Shown: positions 1 to 12,846 of the stretch, one piece after another | Layout: every line of letters begins with the position of its first letter | Position numbering within the stretch: the stretch's first letter is position 1 | DNA from: Octopus sinensis | Lineage: Eukaryota | Assembly (NCBI RefSeq): GCF_006345805.1 | Contig: NC_043000.1 | Coordinates: 104,966,001 to 105,030,000 of the forward strand | Length of the DNA stretch: 64,000 nt | Direction: 5' to 3' | Notes under the pieces: model-generated | The model's input: the letters and a program-made list of their open reading frames with translations, nothing else | Databases searched by the model: none | Told to the model about the DNA's origin: nothing | Program-made: the position numbers and the translations under genes

Positions 1-140
1 CAAAAGCTTTGTGGGTTTCGAGCTTGCTTTTCAACCACATGGTTCCAAGTCTAGTCCCAAGTGGTTTGTACTATAGCCTCGGGCCGACCAAAACCTCGTA
101 AGTGGATTTAGTAGACGGAAACTGAAGGAAGCTTTTCATA
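1..140 (+). mobile_element. tRNA-derived SINE family A, 5' half (starts at the window edge)
   Basis: AACCACATGGTTCC...CTATAGCCTCGGGCCGACC...GTGGATTTAGTAGACGGAAACTGAAGGAAGC matches the 5' halves of the copies at 16726, 25767 (rev), 35771 and 47161. Confidence 0.85.
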
Positions 141-276
141 TATATATATATATATACATGTATATATATATATATATATACATACACGCATACATACATA
201 CATACATACATACATACATACTACATACATACATACATACATACATACATACATACATACATACATACATACATAC

Positions 277-307
<31 letters not shown>

Positions 308-350
308 CATACATACATACATACATACATACATACATACATACATACAT
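141..350. repeat. Compound (TA)n/(TACA)n microsatellite
   Basis: Read directly from the sequence; it accounts for ORFs 108..398 and 158..358. Confidence 0.98.
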
Positions 351-351
351 T

Positions 352-1394
352 TGGATAAAGCAGTTTGATTCAAATTCGTTGGTACTCTTTAGTTTCAACC
401 ATAATGCTAGTCGTCGGCCATTTTGAATTTGAATGATAGAAGTTGATTGTTATTACCGTAAGGTGAGCTGCGATTCGTCGAGGAAGGTTACGCAGTGTCA
501 TGGTTTGATGTAGGTATATGGGTAAGAGTTAGTTGGAAGATACTGCATGGCGAACAGGAAATTGACAACGTGAAGGACAGGAAATATACCACGTGGCGGA
601 CAGGGAATCGTTCAGGTTGTTGTTCAGGAAGGGGTGGCGCGTGCAGTATATAGTTCTATATATGGGTGTACAGACGCGCTATATAGTTTTGCGTTTTGTG
701 TGTATTGATACGAGCGTGTGCATCTCTGTACATGGGCGCACGCACACCCACACATACCCATACACGCGCATTGGTGTGTTTGCACACATTGGTATACATG
801 TGTACATGCATGCAAATATATATATGTACATATAAATGAATTGATTATGCATGTGTGTGTATGCGTACATGTGTGTGCAAGTGTGCGTAGGCGCGTGCAT
901 GATATGTGTCTGCGTGCGCGCGCGTGATTGTTTGTCCAAGTGTATGCGTGTGTGTGAGAGAGAGAGAGAGTGCGTGCGCAAATGTGTGCATGCGCACCCA
1001 TGTACAGACGCACAGGCTCGCACCAATACACACATACTCGCAAAACCATATGAACGCATCTACACACCCACATATAGAACTATATACTTGCACAGGCCGG
1101 CCCTTAGAACTCCCTCCCCCCAACAACAGCAACAACAACAACCTAACCGCCACGTGATTTATTTTCTCTCCTCCACGTGTCAATTTCCTGTTCACCATGC
1201 GTTATTTTACAACTGACTGTTACCCATATACCAACATCAAACCACGACACCGCGTGACCTTCCTCGACGAATCGCAGCCCACCTTCCGGTAATAACAATC
1301 AACTTCCGTCATTCAAATTCAAAATAGCTGACTACTAGCATCACGGTTGAAACTCAAGAGTACCAACGAATTTGATTCAAACTGCTTTGATCCA
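352..1394. mobile_element. Fold-back element with ~400-bp imperfect inverted arms
   Basis: 352-~750 is the reverse complement of ~985-1394, e.g. TGGATAAAGCAGTTTGATTCAAATTCGTTGGTACTCTT versus AAGAGTACCAACGAATTTGATTCAAACTGCTTTGATCCA. The spacer is microsatellite-like. Confidence 0.8.
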
Positions 1395-1469
1395 TACATG
1401 TAAATCCCAATAAATTCGCTGAGTGCCCTTCTTTCGTTTGTCCACTCACTCGTATATGTGCATATATAT

Positions 1470-1935
1470 GAAAATGTATTTATTTGTGTTTGTCTTTGTG
1501 TCTGTGTTTGTCCCCCACCACCACCACCTCTGTATCTTTAAGTATCGCGAACTGTCTATCATTTTCTTTTCCTGTCGGTTTGTTTGCCTGTTTCTATGCA
1601 TGCATCAATCGTTTTATCTGGTAAAATTTCCCTTAGCTTGACATATTGGCAATATATCCAGTTGATTTGTCTATTTCTCTACATGCCTCTTTGTCTGTCT
1701 ATGTATCTATCTATGTTCACACACACAGACACACACTCACACACAAACACACACACCGATGTTGGTGTGTATATCTCCTCGTAACTTAGCGGTTCGGCAA
1801 AAGTGACCGATAGAATAAGTCCTAGGCTTTCAAAGAACAAGTCCTGGGGTCGATGTCTTCGACTAAAATCCTTTAGAGTGCTGTTCGAACATGGCCGCAA
1901 TCAAATGAGGGAAATGTGTAAAAGAATAAAAGAAT
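1470..1935 (+). mobile_element. SINE family A, 3' half, interrupted by a 192-bp insert
   Basis: TGTCTGTGTTTGTCCCCC...[insert]...CCGATGTTGGTGTGT...CTTAGCGGTTCGGCAAAAGTGACCGATAGAATAAG...CATGGCCGCAATCAAATG...AAAAGAATAAAAGAAT matches the 3' halves of other family A copies. Confidence 0.85.
1527..1718. repeat. 192-bp segment, inverted copy of 5163-5354
   Basis: The reverse complement matches 5163-5354 with about 3 substitutions. Confidence 0.95.
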
Positions 1936-2278
1936 ATGTGTGTACGTGTGCTTGTGTGTGTGTGTGTGTGTGTTTGTGTGTGCGTGTGTATACGCATATG
2001 AATATTCATCACATATACACACTCATATATGTACATATATATACGTGTGTGTGTGTGCGCGTGTGTGTGTGTGTGTGTATGTCTTCATGAGAGCATGTTT
2101 CACTGAAGATGGCTGTACGTTGTTTGGTTGTCTAAATCTGAATTGCGTTATTGTGACGTATTCACACAAAATGATACAGCGATGTATTTTACTATACGTG
2201 TGTGACTGTATATGTATATGTGTATGTATTTATCTACATACCTGTATATACATATATACATTTATACATATATGTATG

Positions 2279-2531
<253 letters not shown>

Positions 2532-2533
2532 GT

Positions 2534-2877
2534 GAAGGCGCATGGCTCAGTGGTTAGAGCGTCGAGCTTACGATCGTGAGGTTGTGAGCTCGAATCCCGG
2601 ACCGGCCTGCGTGTTGTGTTCTTGAGCAAGGCACTTTATTTCACGTTGCTCCAGTTCACTCATCTGTAGAAATGAGTTGCGACGTCACAGGTGCCAAGCT
2701 GTATCGGCCCTTTTGCCTTTCCCTTGGATAACACTGGTGGCGTGGAGAGGGGAGGCCGGTATGCATGGGCGACTGCTGGCCTTCCATAAACAACCTTGCC
2801 CGGACTTGTGTCTAGGAGGGTAACTTTCTAGGTGCAATCCCATGGTCATTCATGACCGAAGGGGCTCTTTACCCTTT
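2534..2877 (+). mobile_element. tRNA-derived CORE-type SINE (family C), copy 1
   Basis: A-box TGGCTCAGTGGT, anticodon-like CTTACGAT, B-box-like GAGCTCGAATCCC, then TGTGTTCTTGAGCAAGGCACTT...CAGTTCACTCATCTGTAGAAATG, which resembles the MIR/CORE domain. Confidence 0.88.
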
Positions 2878-2910
2878 ATATATATATATATATGTGTGTG
2901 TGTATGTATG

Positions 2911-3412
<502 letters not shown>

Positions 3413-4358
3413 ATATATATATATATATGTGTGTGTGTATGTATGTATATGTATGCATACATACACACAAACACATCATTCCTTTTGAGAGCACTGCATC
3501 TTGAAGCGGATCTCGAAGCTCATAAAACGTTTGGATAGAACAATTCGAAGGCTGCGCGTGCACATACAATCATATATGCATGCACATCGTAAATGTGGTA
3601 ACGAACTAGACAAATACTACACTATACAGTAGTATGTTTATTTAGTTCGGTTGAGTGAAACCAATAGTAATGGTTACCTATTGAGTTTTTAGATTGTTCT
3701 CTCACTAATCGATTTTATTCACATAAAGAAACGGCCTGTAACCTTTAGCGTTTGATTCTGTCGAATAAGTTAGATATAAGAACTGGACATATCACATAGA
3801 TTTATGGCGTCTGCATGAAGACAAGTAAAGGTAGTGGAATGCAGATTAAATAAGCTAGTGACATCAACAATAAACGGACCAATGAAGATTGTTGAATGCA
3901 CACCTTTCAGCTCCCATCAAGAGAGCATACCAACACCAGAAATTAAACGAATGCAGCCAGTGTTCATGTCAGTTTTTGCTGGCTAGTCTCTTCAACAATG
4001 GTTTTCTGCAATATGAACCGCTACTGTCTTTCTCTGCAGATTACAGATTTAATGTTGTTGCCATTTAAAATTCACACTTTTATATAGACAACTGGGGAAA
4101 AGGTCTGAAATAGTGAACTAAATGATTAAATTTACAGTTCTTAATTCAGAATATGGTTTCTTATTTGTACCTATTATCACAGATGCATTGGACTATGAAA
4201 CAACAGATATGCATTTAAAAAGAGTAAAAAATGATGGAGTTATCTAAAAAAAAAAAATTAATTGATTTGCATTCTAATACTATCGGATTGTGGTACAGTG
4301 AAAAATTTGTTAAACAATCCAGGACTTCTCTACTTGAGATTTCTGCATTGAAAACAGA

Positions 4359-4429
<71 letters not shown>

Positions 4430-4989
4430 ATACACACACATGCACAATCGCATGCATACATGGAATATACACACAGATATATATAAGTAGAAATGAAATG
4501 CACACATTTGTGTACTAAACTGACATACACACCCACTGAATGAGCGCAAGTTTATCCATATTCATGCATGCTCGTGATCACATACGTACACGCTAACTCT
4601 TTCACATTCATACACAAGCCAAAGACTTATTTAGAAGTGATTGTAACATCATTAGAAACTGGCATGAAGAAACTTAAATCTCATACAAACATGCAAGCAT
4701 AAATTTATGCATGCATACATACGAACAAACGTACATGCTTACATACAATCATGTATGTATGTAAGTTTCTATGTTTCTATATATGTGCTGGTTAACTCAA
4801 ATTGCAGTTGTATATATTTTTTTACTATTGTCTAATTGTACAAGTCCATTCTGTATCGTTATATAATAAATTTCCATATTCACCATTGAGAGAAAATGTC
4901 TGTAGAGAGAACCAGTCATACGAATCCGAGGACAGCAGTGGTGTTTATGGTTGATATACTAAACATTTCTTAACAAATTTTCAAAATAC

Positions 4990-5162
4990 GGTTTACTTCC
5001 CCTGACCTGGCTGTTTAACGAAAAGAAACCGATAGAATAACTACCAGAATATATATGTACCAGAATAAGTAGTGGAGTCTGCTTAATCAGAAAAACCCAC
5101 GAAGACGGTGCTCAGACATGGTCGTAGTCCAATGACTAAAATAAAAGTTTAAAAGAATAAAA
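4990..5162 (+). mobile_element. SINE family A, degenerate 3' half
   Basis: AAAAGAAACCGATAGAATAA...GACGGTGCTCAGACATGGTCGTAGTCCAATGACT...AAAAGAATAAAAG. Confidence 0.7.
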
Positions 5163-5354
5163 GAACATAGATAGATACATAGACAGACAAAGAGGCATGT
5201 AGAGAAATAGACAAATCAACTGGATATGTTGCCAATATGTCAAACTAAGGGAAATTTTACCAGATAAAACGATTGATGCATGCATAGAAACAGGCAAACA
5301 AACCGACAGGAAAAGAAAATGATAGACAGTTCGCGATACTTAAGGATACAGAGG
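5163..5354. repeat. 192-bp segment, inverted copy of 1527-1718
   Basis: See 1527-1718. Confidence 0.95.
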
Positions 5355-5492
5355 CACTTCTCCAATTTTCATACTATACATGTTACAGAAACAAACTCTT
5401 GAATTAGCACCTCTCCCAAACAACATTAATAGTAGTCGAAGCAATCCAGCGAGGGAAGTCCTGTGTTGGCACTCATTAACGTTATAGAAATC

Positions 5493-5633
5493 AAGTGATG
5501 TAGGGTGAGTGCCCCCTGAGACAACCTCTAAGTTTTCCGCCTCCCGAGCCCTGAATTCTATACAGTGGGCCCAAAATGTCGCCCTATGAAACCGTTGCCT
5601 GGGGAGGACCGCCCTCCGGCGTTTACGCTACTA
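5493..5633. mobile_element. Short non-autonomous hAT-like element (MITE)
   Basis: Imperfect TIRs AAGTGATGTAG / TTACGCTACTA. An 8-bp near-duplication flanks it (TAGAAATC 5485-5492, TAGAAGTC 5634-5641); 8-bp TSDs are typical of hAT. Confidence 0.7.
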
Positions 5634-5879
5634 TAGAAGTCGTAGCTAAATTTCCTGAATAAAACACTCCCTTCTGTCTTCAAAACGAGAAATACGTAGT
5701 TATGTTATCCTTGGAAGAAAAAACGAAAACGGCAATCATAGACGGGATTGTCACCATTGGATCATTTTTAATCGTAGGTCTATTCTATAGAGCTGAATTG
5801 CCAGCGACAACTAGAACAATTATATTCTCACCTGTTTGCTAATGACGTAGAAAATACTATCCAATTCTTTTCCTCTTTA

Positions 5880-6065
5880 TATGTATATACGTCCGTATAT
5901 TCAGACATGCATACATACATACATAAACACATATACACACGCTCATATATATATATATACACGTATACACACACATACATATATATATATATACACGTAT
6001 ACACACACATACATATATATATATATACATACATACATACATACATACATACATACATACATACA

Positions 6066-6096
<31 letters not shown>

Positions 6097-6270
6097 GTGT
6101 ATACGTACATGCATACATACGTGTCTTTCAGTTTATGTATACATCTTACGTGTGTGTATATATGCTTGTATATATGTGTATATATATGACCACACACACA
6201 AATATATGTATGTGTATATGTACGCGTTTGTATGTACATATATGTACGTGTGTGTGTGTGTGTGTGTGTG
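5880..6270. repeat. Compound (TA)/(CA)/(TACA)/(TG) microsatellite
   Basis: Read directly. Confidence 0.95.
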
Positions 6271-6863
6271 AAGAAAATTATCAGTCTATTTATATGAATG
6301 CCCGGAATGTAAAGAGAAATGAAGTGGGGAGAGTTGAGTGGGTGGAGGTACCTGAGGTAAGGCTGGGGTGTTGTTGTTGGAGTGGTGTCGGTGTTGATGG
6401 CAGTAGTGGTAGTGGTAGTGGTTAAAGAGTGAAATAGAAAAACGTCTATAATATATATCTATGCCTGAGTCTATACTCTGATCTGCAATTAACGTCACCA
6501 AAGTCCAGCAATATATAAAGTCGGAAATTTGACAGTGATTCAAGCTGAGGCGTAATTAGATGGACATACATACAGACAGATACAAAAACGGCAGACATTT
6601 GAACACACATACATACCACATGCACGCATACAGACACTCACACACACACAGACACACACACACACATACACACACACACACACACCACACACACACACAC
6701 ACACACAACAGACGCACTAAAACATACACATACAAACACACACACACAGGCATTGAGAGACAGAGAAAGTGGGTGAGAAAACGAACATTGTGAAAGAAAG
6801 AGGCAGAGAGACATAGACCGAAAGACAAATGGATATACACAAAAAGGACGGATATATATATAT

Positions 6864-7006
6864 ACACGTATACACACACATACATATATATAATATATAT
6901 ATATATATATATACATATACACTTACCCTTATTATATATGAGCGTGTGTATATGTGTTTATGTATGTATATATATATATATACATACATAAACACATATA
7001 CACACG

Positions 7007-7048
<42 letters not shown>

Positions 7049-7126
7049 CATAAACACATATACACACGCTCATATATAATAAGGGTAAGTGTATATGTAT
7101 ATATATATGTGTGTGTGTATACGTGT
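6864..7126. repeat. Near-perfect palindrome embedded in (TA)n
   Basis: CATATACACTTACCCTTATTATATATGAGCGTGTGTATATGTGTTTATGTATGTA is mirrored by TACATACATAAACACATATACACACGCTCATATATAATAAGGGTAAGTGTATATG. Confidence 0.92.
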
Positions 7127-8004
7127 GTGTGTGTGTGTGTGTGTTTGCGTGTGTGTGTGCGTGTGTGTGTGTGTGTCTGTGTGTCTGCATAATGCATGCA
7201 TACATTGATTTATGTATGTGTATATTTAGAGGAAAAGAGAGGTGGGAGAAAGAAGTTTCAAAAAGAAACACCGAGAGAAAGTTTGATAAATTGGCAGAAA
7301 GAAAGTAGATAGTTAGAAAATGTGAAGGACAATCAAGCAAACGAATGAGCTAAAAATTAAACAGCATAACAAGACTGGAGTCAGGTAGACCGTCGAAACA
7401 CAGTGACAGGCTAACATACATATATGTGATTAGAGAGAGTTAGATAAACGGGTATAGGCTAACATTTTGAGGGAATTATCAATTATATCGATCCCTAGTT
7501 TTAAACCAGTATATTATTTTTCTCTAACGTATATTATTTTAAACCAGTATATTTTTTTCTCTTGCAGAATGAAATGCGAAATTGGCATAAACTGGAGTTG
7601 AGCGTAAATAAAAAAGTTTCTAAATACCGCATGGTATTTTATCCGAAACTGTACTAACTCTTCTAGTCTACCTGCAAGCCTGAGAAGAACAGTAAGGAGA
7701 GTGCTTTTGCACTGAAAATTTTAATACTTGCACCTTCAGTACATGAGAACGGCACCTATATTTTCTAGTATCTGACGATTGTTTGGTCATGCGTTCTGTT
7801 GGGGAAAGTGTGATTTTACAAGAAACTCTCGGATAAATTTGTTTGGTCAAACATGATTATAGATGCATAAAGCTGTCTGAAAATTTACTAGGTCTATTAC
7901 GTTACATGAGTGTGCTACGCATCCATCCATCCATCCATCCATCCATCCATCCATACATACATACATACATACATGCATACATACGTACTTACGTACATAC
8001 AAAG

Positions 8005-8052
<48 letters not shown>

Positions 8053-8091
8053 CATATATATACATATATATACATATACATATATATACAT

Positions 8092-8153
<62 letters not shown>

Positions 8154-8305
8154 ATGGATGAATGAATTATCCTTTGTTTACCGTTAACATGGAAAATTCA
8201 ATAAACAGTTACCAGGGTAGCAAAATTCATGCAAGTAACAAGGAAGTAGCGACCTATTCAAAGGTAGGAGCTCCGGGTTAATGTGAAGTAATTTGTGTAG
8301 TAAAT

Positions 8306-8729
8306 AGATGCTATTCAAATTCTTTTACTTTCGACATTTGTTATATATAAGTGATTTTACCAATCTTTATAGTTTGAACAGTTAGTTTAACTTGCACTTT
8401 ACTTCAATAGAGAAATCTACTTCTAAGCCTTTGAACATTTTTTCAACCAAAATATCCCTCTTTATTTGTTCTCTACTTATTATTTCTTTACCCCTTCTCT
8501 TTCTAGTATCTGCCTTTGACGTCGAATCTACTAACGGTTATTTAAAAATACTTAATAACGTTCTGTTTATCATTTATGCAATCATCAAAATTGTTATAAT
8601 GTCTTGTTGAGATACGCTCTCTTTCTTTCCTGATGGGAAGATTGCATTTTATAGCGTTTATTCCTTTGGAATAAAACCAATGTTGTCTTCGAAACATATG
8701 TCGAAAGTAAAAGAATTTGAATAGCATCT
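8306..8729. repeat. 32-bp perfect inverted repeats (8306-8337, 8698-8729) around a decayed LINE RT-like fragment
   Basis: AGATGCTATTCAAATTCTTTTACTTTCGACAT / ATGTCGAAAGTAAAAGAATTTGAATAGCATCT. The interior on the minus strand reads ..RKGRSVSQQDIITI..LVDSTSKADT.., weakly like RT domains 2-3. Confidence 0.7.
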
Positions 8730-8792
8730 GCGTTGAACTCCATTTATTTACTTATATATATATATATATATATATATGTATGCATGTATGCA

Positions 8793-8842
<50 letters not shown>

Positions 8843-9670
8843 CTAGACTAGACTAGACTACCCGTGACCCGTTGGGTCACCAGCAAACTCTGAGTTTCTT
8901 AGCAACGGAGTTTTGTTTCGTGGGGTTATTTCGCATGCTTTCAACGAATCTGTCATCGAAATCAAGCGTAAACGGCCCCTTTCCCCTGAACAAGAAAGAT
9001 TTGGCTGCTATTTCTTGCACACCCTGCTACCACGTAACATCTATTTCGGGTCCTTTATCGCAAATAGCTGTTACGTGGTAGCTGTGTGTGCTAGAAATAA
9101 CAGCTAAATCTTCGGAGGTGATATACGTTGAATGCACTCGTATGGAAAAAAACTATTTCACACCGAGGTTAGAATGGGTCTTTTACAAAATTTTTACTAT
9201 ATTTTTAAAGTCATTTTCACTTTGAAACATTTTTAAAATTCGCCAAAAAACATTTTGTAATGGTATTCACACGAAAATAATTTTAAAAAAACATTAAGAT
9301 ATTGTCTGTTTAAAGGAAGCTAAAATATAAATACTTACTGTACAAACAATTTACATTTTTGAAATCACATTCACTTAAAAATATTTCTAAATGATTAAAA
9401 TATCGTGTTTAACAAACGCAAAAATAGAAACATTTACTGAAAAAACTCGTATTTTTTCGTTGTCAAGTTACTGTGTCTAATCAAAAGATAAGAGTTTCAT
9501 CCCTTTCAGGATTAAGATTATTTTCAAAATATTTTCCTAATATGAACCGTTTCGGGTATTTATATCTGAAAACCTCTAATAATTACTTGTCTGATTTACT
9601 TGAAACTTGTTTTATTCCGTTCGTATTAACATTTCTGGGTAAACATAATTCATAGTATTTTCCTATTATA
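8843..9670 (-). mobile_element. Non-autonomous Helitron-type element, 3' end (5' end not found)
   Basis: The minus strand ends with hairpin GTGACCC-AAC-GGGTCAC followed by GGGTAGT CTAGT CTAGT CTAG|T, a canonical hairpin + CTAG terminus. The upper boundary is a guess. Confidence 0.6.
8996..9112. repeat. ~117-bp hairpin/MITE-like palindrome
   Basis: AAGATTTGGCTGCTATTTCTTGCACACCCTGCTACCACGTAACATCTATTT pairs with AAATAGCTGTTACGTGGTAGCTGTGTGTGCTAGAAATAACAGCTAAATCTT. The GGCTGCTATTTCT motif recurs near 15400, 16010 and 62770-62900. Confidence 0.8.
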
Positions 9671-9674
9671 CACC

Positions 9675-10030
9675 TGTTTGGCTGTGTAACATTGCAAGCA
9701 GGAGAGAATGTGCGCCGTTTCGGGGCCTGCCTCTCGACGGCATCAATGCGCACCGACCCCCATCACTGATATGAGGCCCTGCTTGCTAGATCAACTGGTT
9801 ATTAAATATAGCTCAATATTCTTGTAGCCATCGCTCATCGTCTCTTTTTAACCAAATCCAGTGGCTAGCCATTTCCACTGTAGTTTGGATATTGGTCATG
9901 GTGGTATTTACTTTACGATGAGTTAGGCCTAATGATAACAACCGTCGTCTCACACTGTGTCCAACAAACCCTCTACATCCGACTTGAATTGAAAAATACT
10001 CCACTTTCCAGCCTTCTCTTACATTCACAC
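9675..10030 (-). mobile_element. HERO-like (restriction-like endonuclease) non-LTR retrotransposon, 3' fragment
   Basis: ORF 9813..10028, REGWKVEYFSIQVGCRGFVGHSVRRRLLSLG...ASHWIWLKRDDERW, matches the EVGCRGF...WLWLRR C-terminus of these elements and is followed by a GC-rich 3' UTR. Confidence 0.75.
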
Positions 10031-10676
10031 ATCTTTCTCGCTACCAATCTCTCTCTTTTTCTCTTTTTCTCTCTATTTATCTATCTATCTTAATCTCTTT
10101 TTCTCTGTGTGTGTTTGTGTATATGTGTATGTGTGTATACACACATACATAAATATTATATGTGTGTGTGTGTGTGTGCATGCGTTCGTGTGTGTGCGTG
10201 TGTGTGTGTGCGCATGCAAGTTATATTTAAAGCTTCTTTGGTATTTCATATACGCGCATCTTTTGTGTATCTATATTTGTCTCTACGCTCATGTGAGTGT
10301 ATATGTGCATGCGTGTGTGCATGTATGTGTGCGCATGCGAGTTATATCCGTGCGAGTTTGTATGTTGGCGTAAAATGAAATCCCTAGTGTATAATGTTTT
10401 TCTGAATATATACTTTTTCCTGGAAAATATATGTATTTTGGGACTAAATAATAATAGACTTTTATTGTATGAATAAACCTCAAGGAAAAGAGGTTAGAAA
10501 TAAACGTGAAGGGAAATTGAAAACCATGGAGGTGGTAAATCATCTTTTACATACATATATACATACATACATTATATATACGTATACACATAAATACGTA
10601 CGTACAATGACATATATATACACACACATATATATATACATGCATATACATATATATAATATATATACACACATGC

Positions 10677-10782
<106 letters not shown>

Positions 10783-10979
10783 ACAAAATCAAAAGTGTGC
10801 CTTAAAGAAATTTATTTCAGTTCGAGATGTGGTTTTGTAGGCGTGAAATGGTAATAAAACAAAAAAGGCCCCTTACAGACACACGTGCACGCCCCATCTT
10901 CGACACTTACATACACGTCCCCACTCATACGCACATACACATACATACACACGCACATACACGCACACACACATGCACA

Positions 10980-11045
<66 letters not shown>

Positions 11046-11959
11046 AATATATATGTGTGTATATATATATATATATTTATAACCAAGTGTAGGCGGTAGG
11101 GTATTGAAAAGGTGAGAGTTAGGAACATAAGGAAGAGGAAAAGGGTGACAATTTCCGGAACAGAAATATGAATGGAGGACAAATTATTACATTGAATGGA
11201 ATTCGTTCAATGTGATCCCCTACTCTTCCCTTCTCTCCTTCTCTCTCTCTCCCTCCCTCTCGTTCCCGCTCTTTCTCCCTTCCTCTCTCCCTTTCTCTCT
11301 TCACGGTGTCTTTCTCTGTCATTTCCTTTCTCTCTCTTCTATCTCTGTCTCTCCCACTTTCTATCTTCATATCTAGCTAGCTACCTCTTTCTATATCTAA
11401 ACAGCTACCACCAACTCGGTCAATTATTGGAATGCAAGGTGACAAGGGGACAGCTGTGGTTGTTAATGGTGGTGTTTTAAATATGATAGGGATTTGTAGA
11501 ATGACAATTTTCAAAGTTGTGGGTGGGAGGAAGGCAATTAATTCAAAGAGCCACACATTTGCTCCAAAACAGCTGAAACAATTGTTAAGCGGATTTTTTT
11601 CTCGTTTGCTTTTATTTTATTTTTCTATGATGCATGTTGACAACTTTAGAGGTCAGAAACAATTGAATGTATGAACAGTAAACAATGTATGTTGACGCTA
11701 ACAATTATTTCAGCGAGCCTATGAGGACTCTGCTTGCAGTCGTGTCGTTTGGCCTGCAAAACAAAACAAAAAAAAAACAGCGACCTAACCTTCCTCAATT
11801 TATACAATACCGTCTTAAAAAAGAAAGGACATTTTCAACAATGTATTTATAGATAAATTAATGAATTAGATGATCACGGCTGACACGCCTTTGATTAAAC
11901 ATAGCTCTACTCGATCAAAGTTCACCTCGGACGAAACAACAACGACGACGATGACGATA

Positions 11960-12724
11960 AGGGTTTCAGTGTATTGGGGGCTGTTTTCGAACTGATTAAC
12001 CTTTGTATTCTGGGGATGTATAGGGAGAAATCAAATGATGATGTTATGGGTTACTAAAAATATGGCTCAAATCATATTTGTATGGCTTAGTCAGAAGAAG
12101 AAGAGCAGCACACTTAAGCCTATTTTTAATGTTTCCAAAACTAGTGGGAGAAAAGAGAGAAAGAAATATCAACTTAACGCTATTGCAAAGGAAGCAGTAC
12201 TTGAAGGTATCGAGTTATCATTAACTTATATGTTGCTACAAAAGAAAGCAGCTATATGTACTTTAGGTATAAGTAATATTTTGTATTGCTTTTGTATTTT
12301 TCTATAGCATCGAAAATACTTTATGTAATATGTGAGCAACGGTTTGCAAATGTTCTACACATTTGCAAGTCTTGGAATTTTGCTGATGTATTCTGCCTTG
12401 TTTTATGATTGCCATAGGTTCAGTTTCTGTTTTCACCATTCCCATTCTGGATATATCTATATTTTTATAAGTTCTCCAATGTCCCAAAAGACACATAATT
12501 GCCATGATCGTCTTTGACAATAATATCCAGCCGATTTGATTTGATTTGATCTCCCTGAGTATGTGAATTAGCATATCCCAGATATAATCGCTCTCTTATT
12601 CTGTGAAATCTTTTTTTGATATACGTTTATACAACCCTTCTTCTGTTGGTGTTTCTTAATATTAGCACAATTTCCAGTGTACGAAAATCCCAACCATCTT
12701 CCGTCCATGGATATATATATATAT

Positions 12725-12795
<71 letters not shown>

Positions 12796-12806
12796 CGTGT
12801 GTGTGT

Positions 12807-12846
<40 letters not shown>

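Noticed and set aside
2537-2605. tRNA-Arg(ACG)-like gene
   Set aside because: No proper acceptor stem or T-run terminator; it continues directly into a SINE body. The other tRNA-like heads are rejected as tRNA genes for the same reason.
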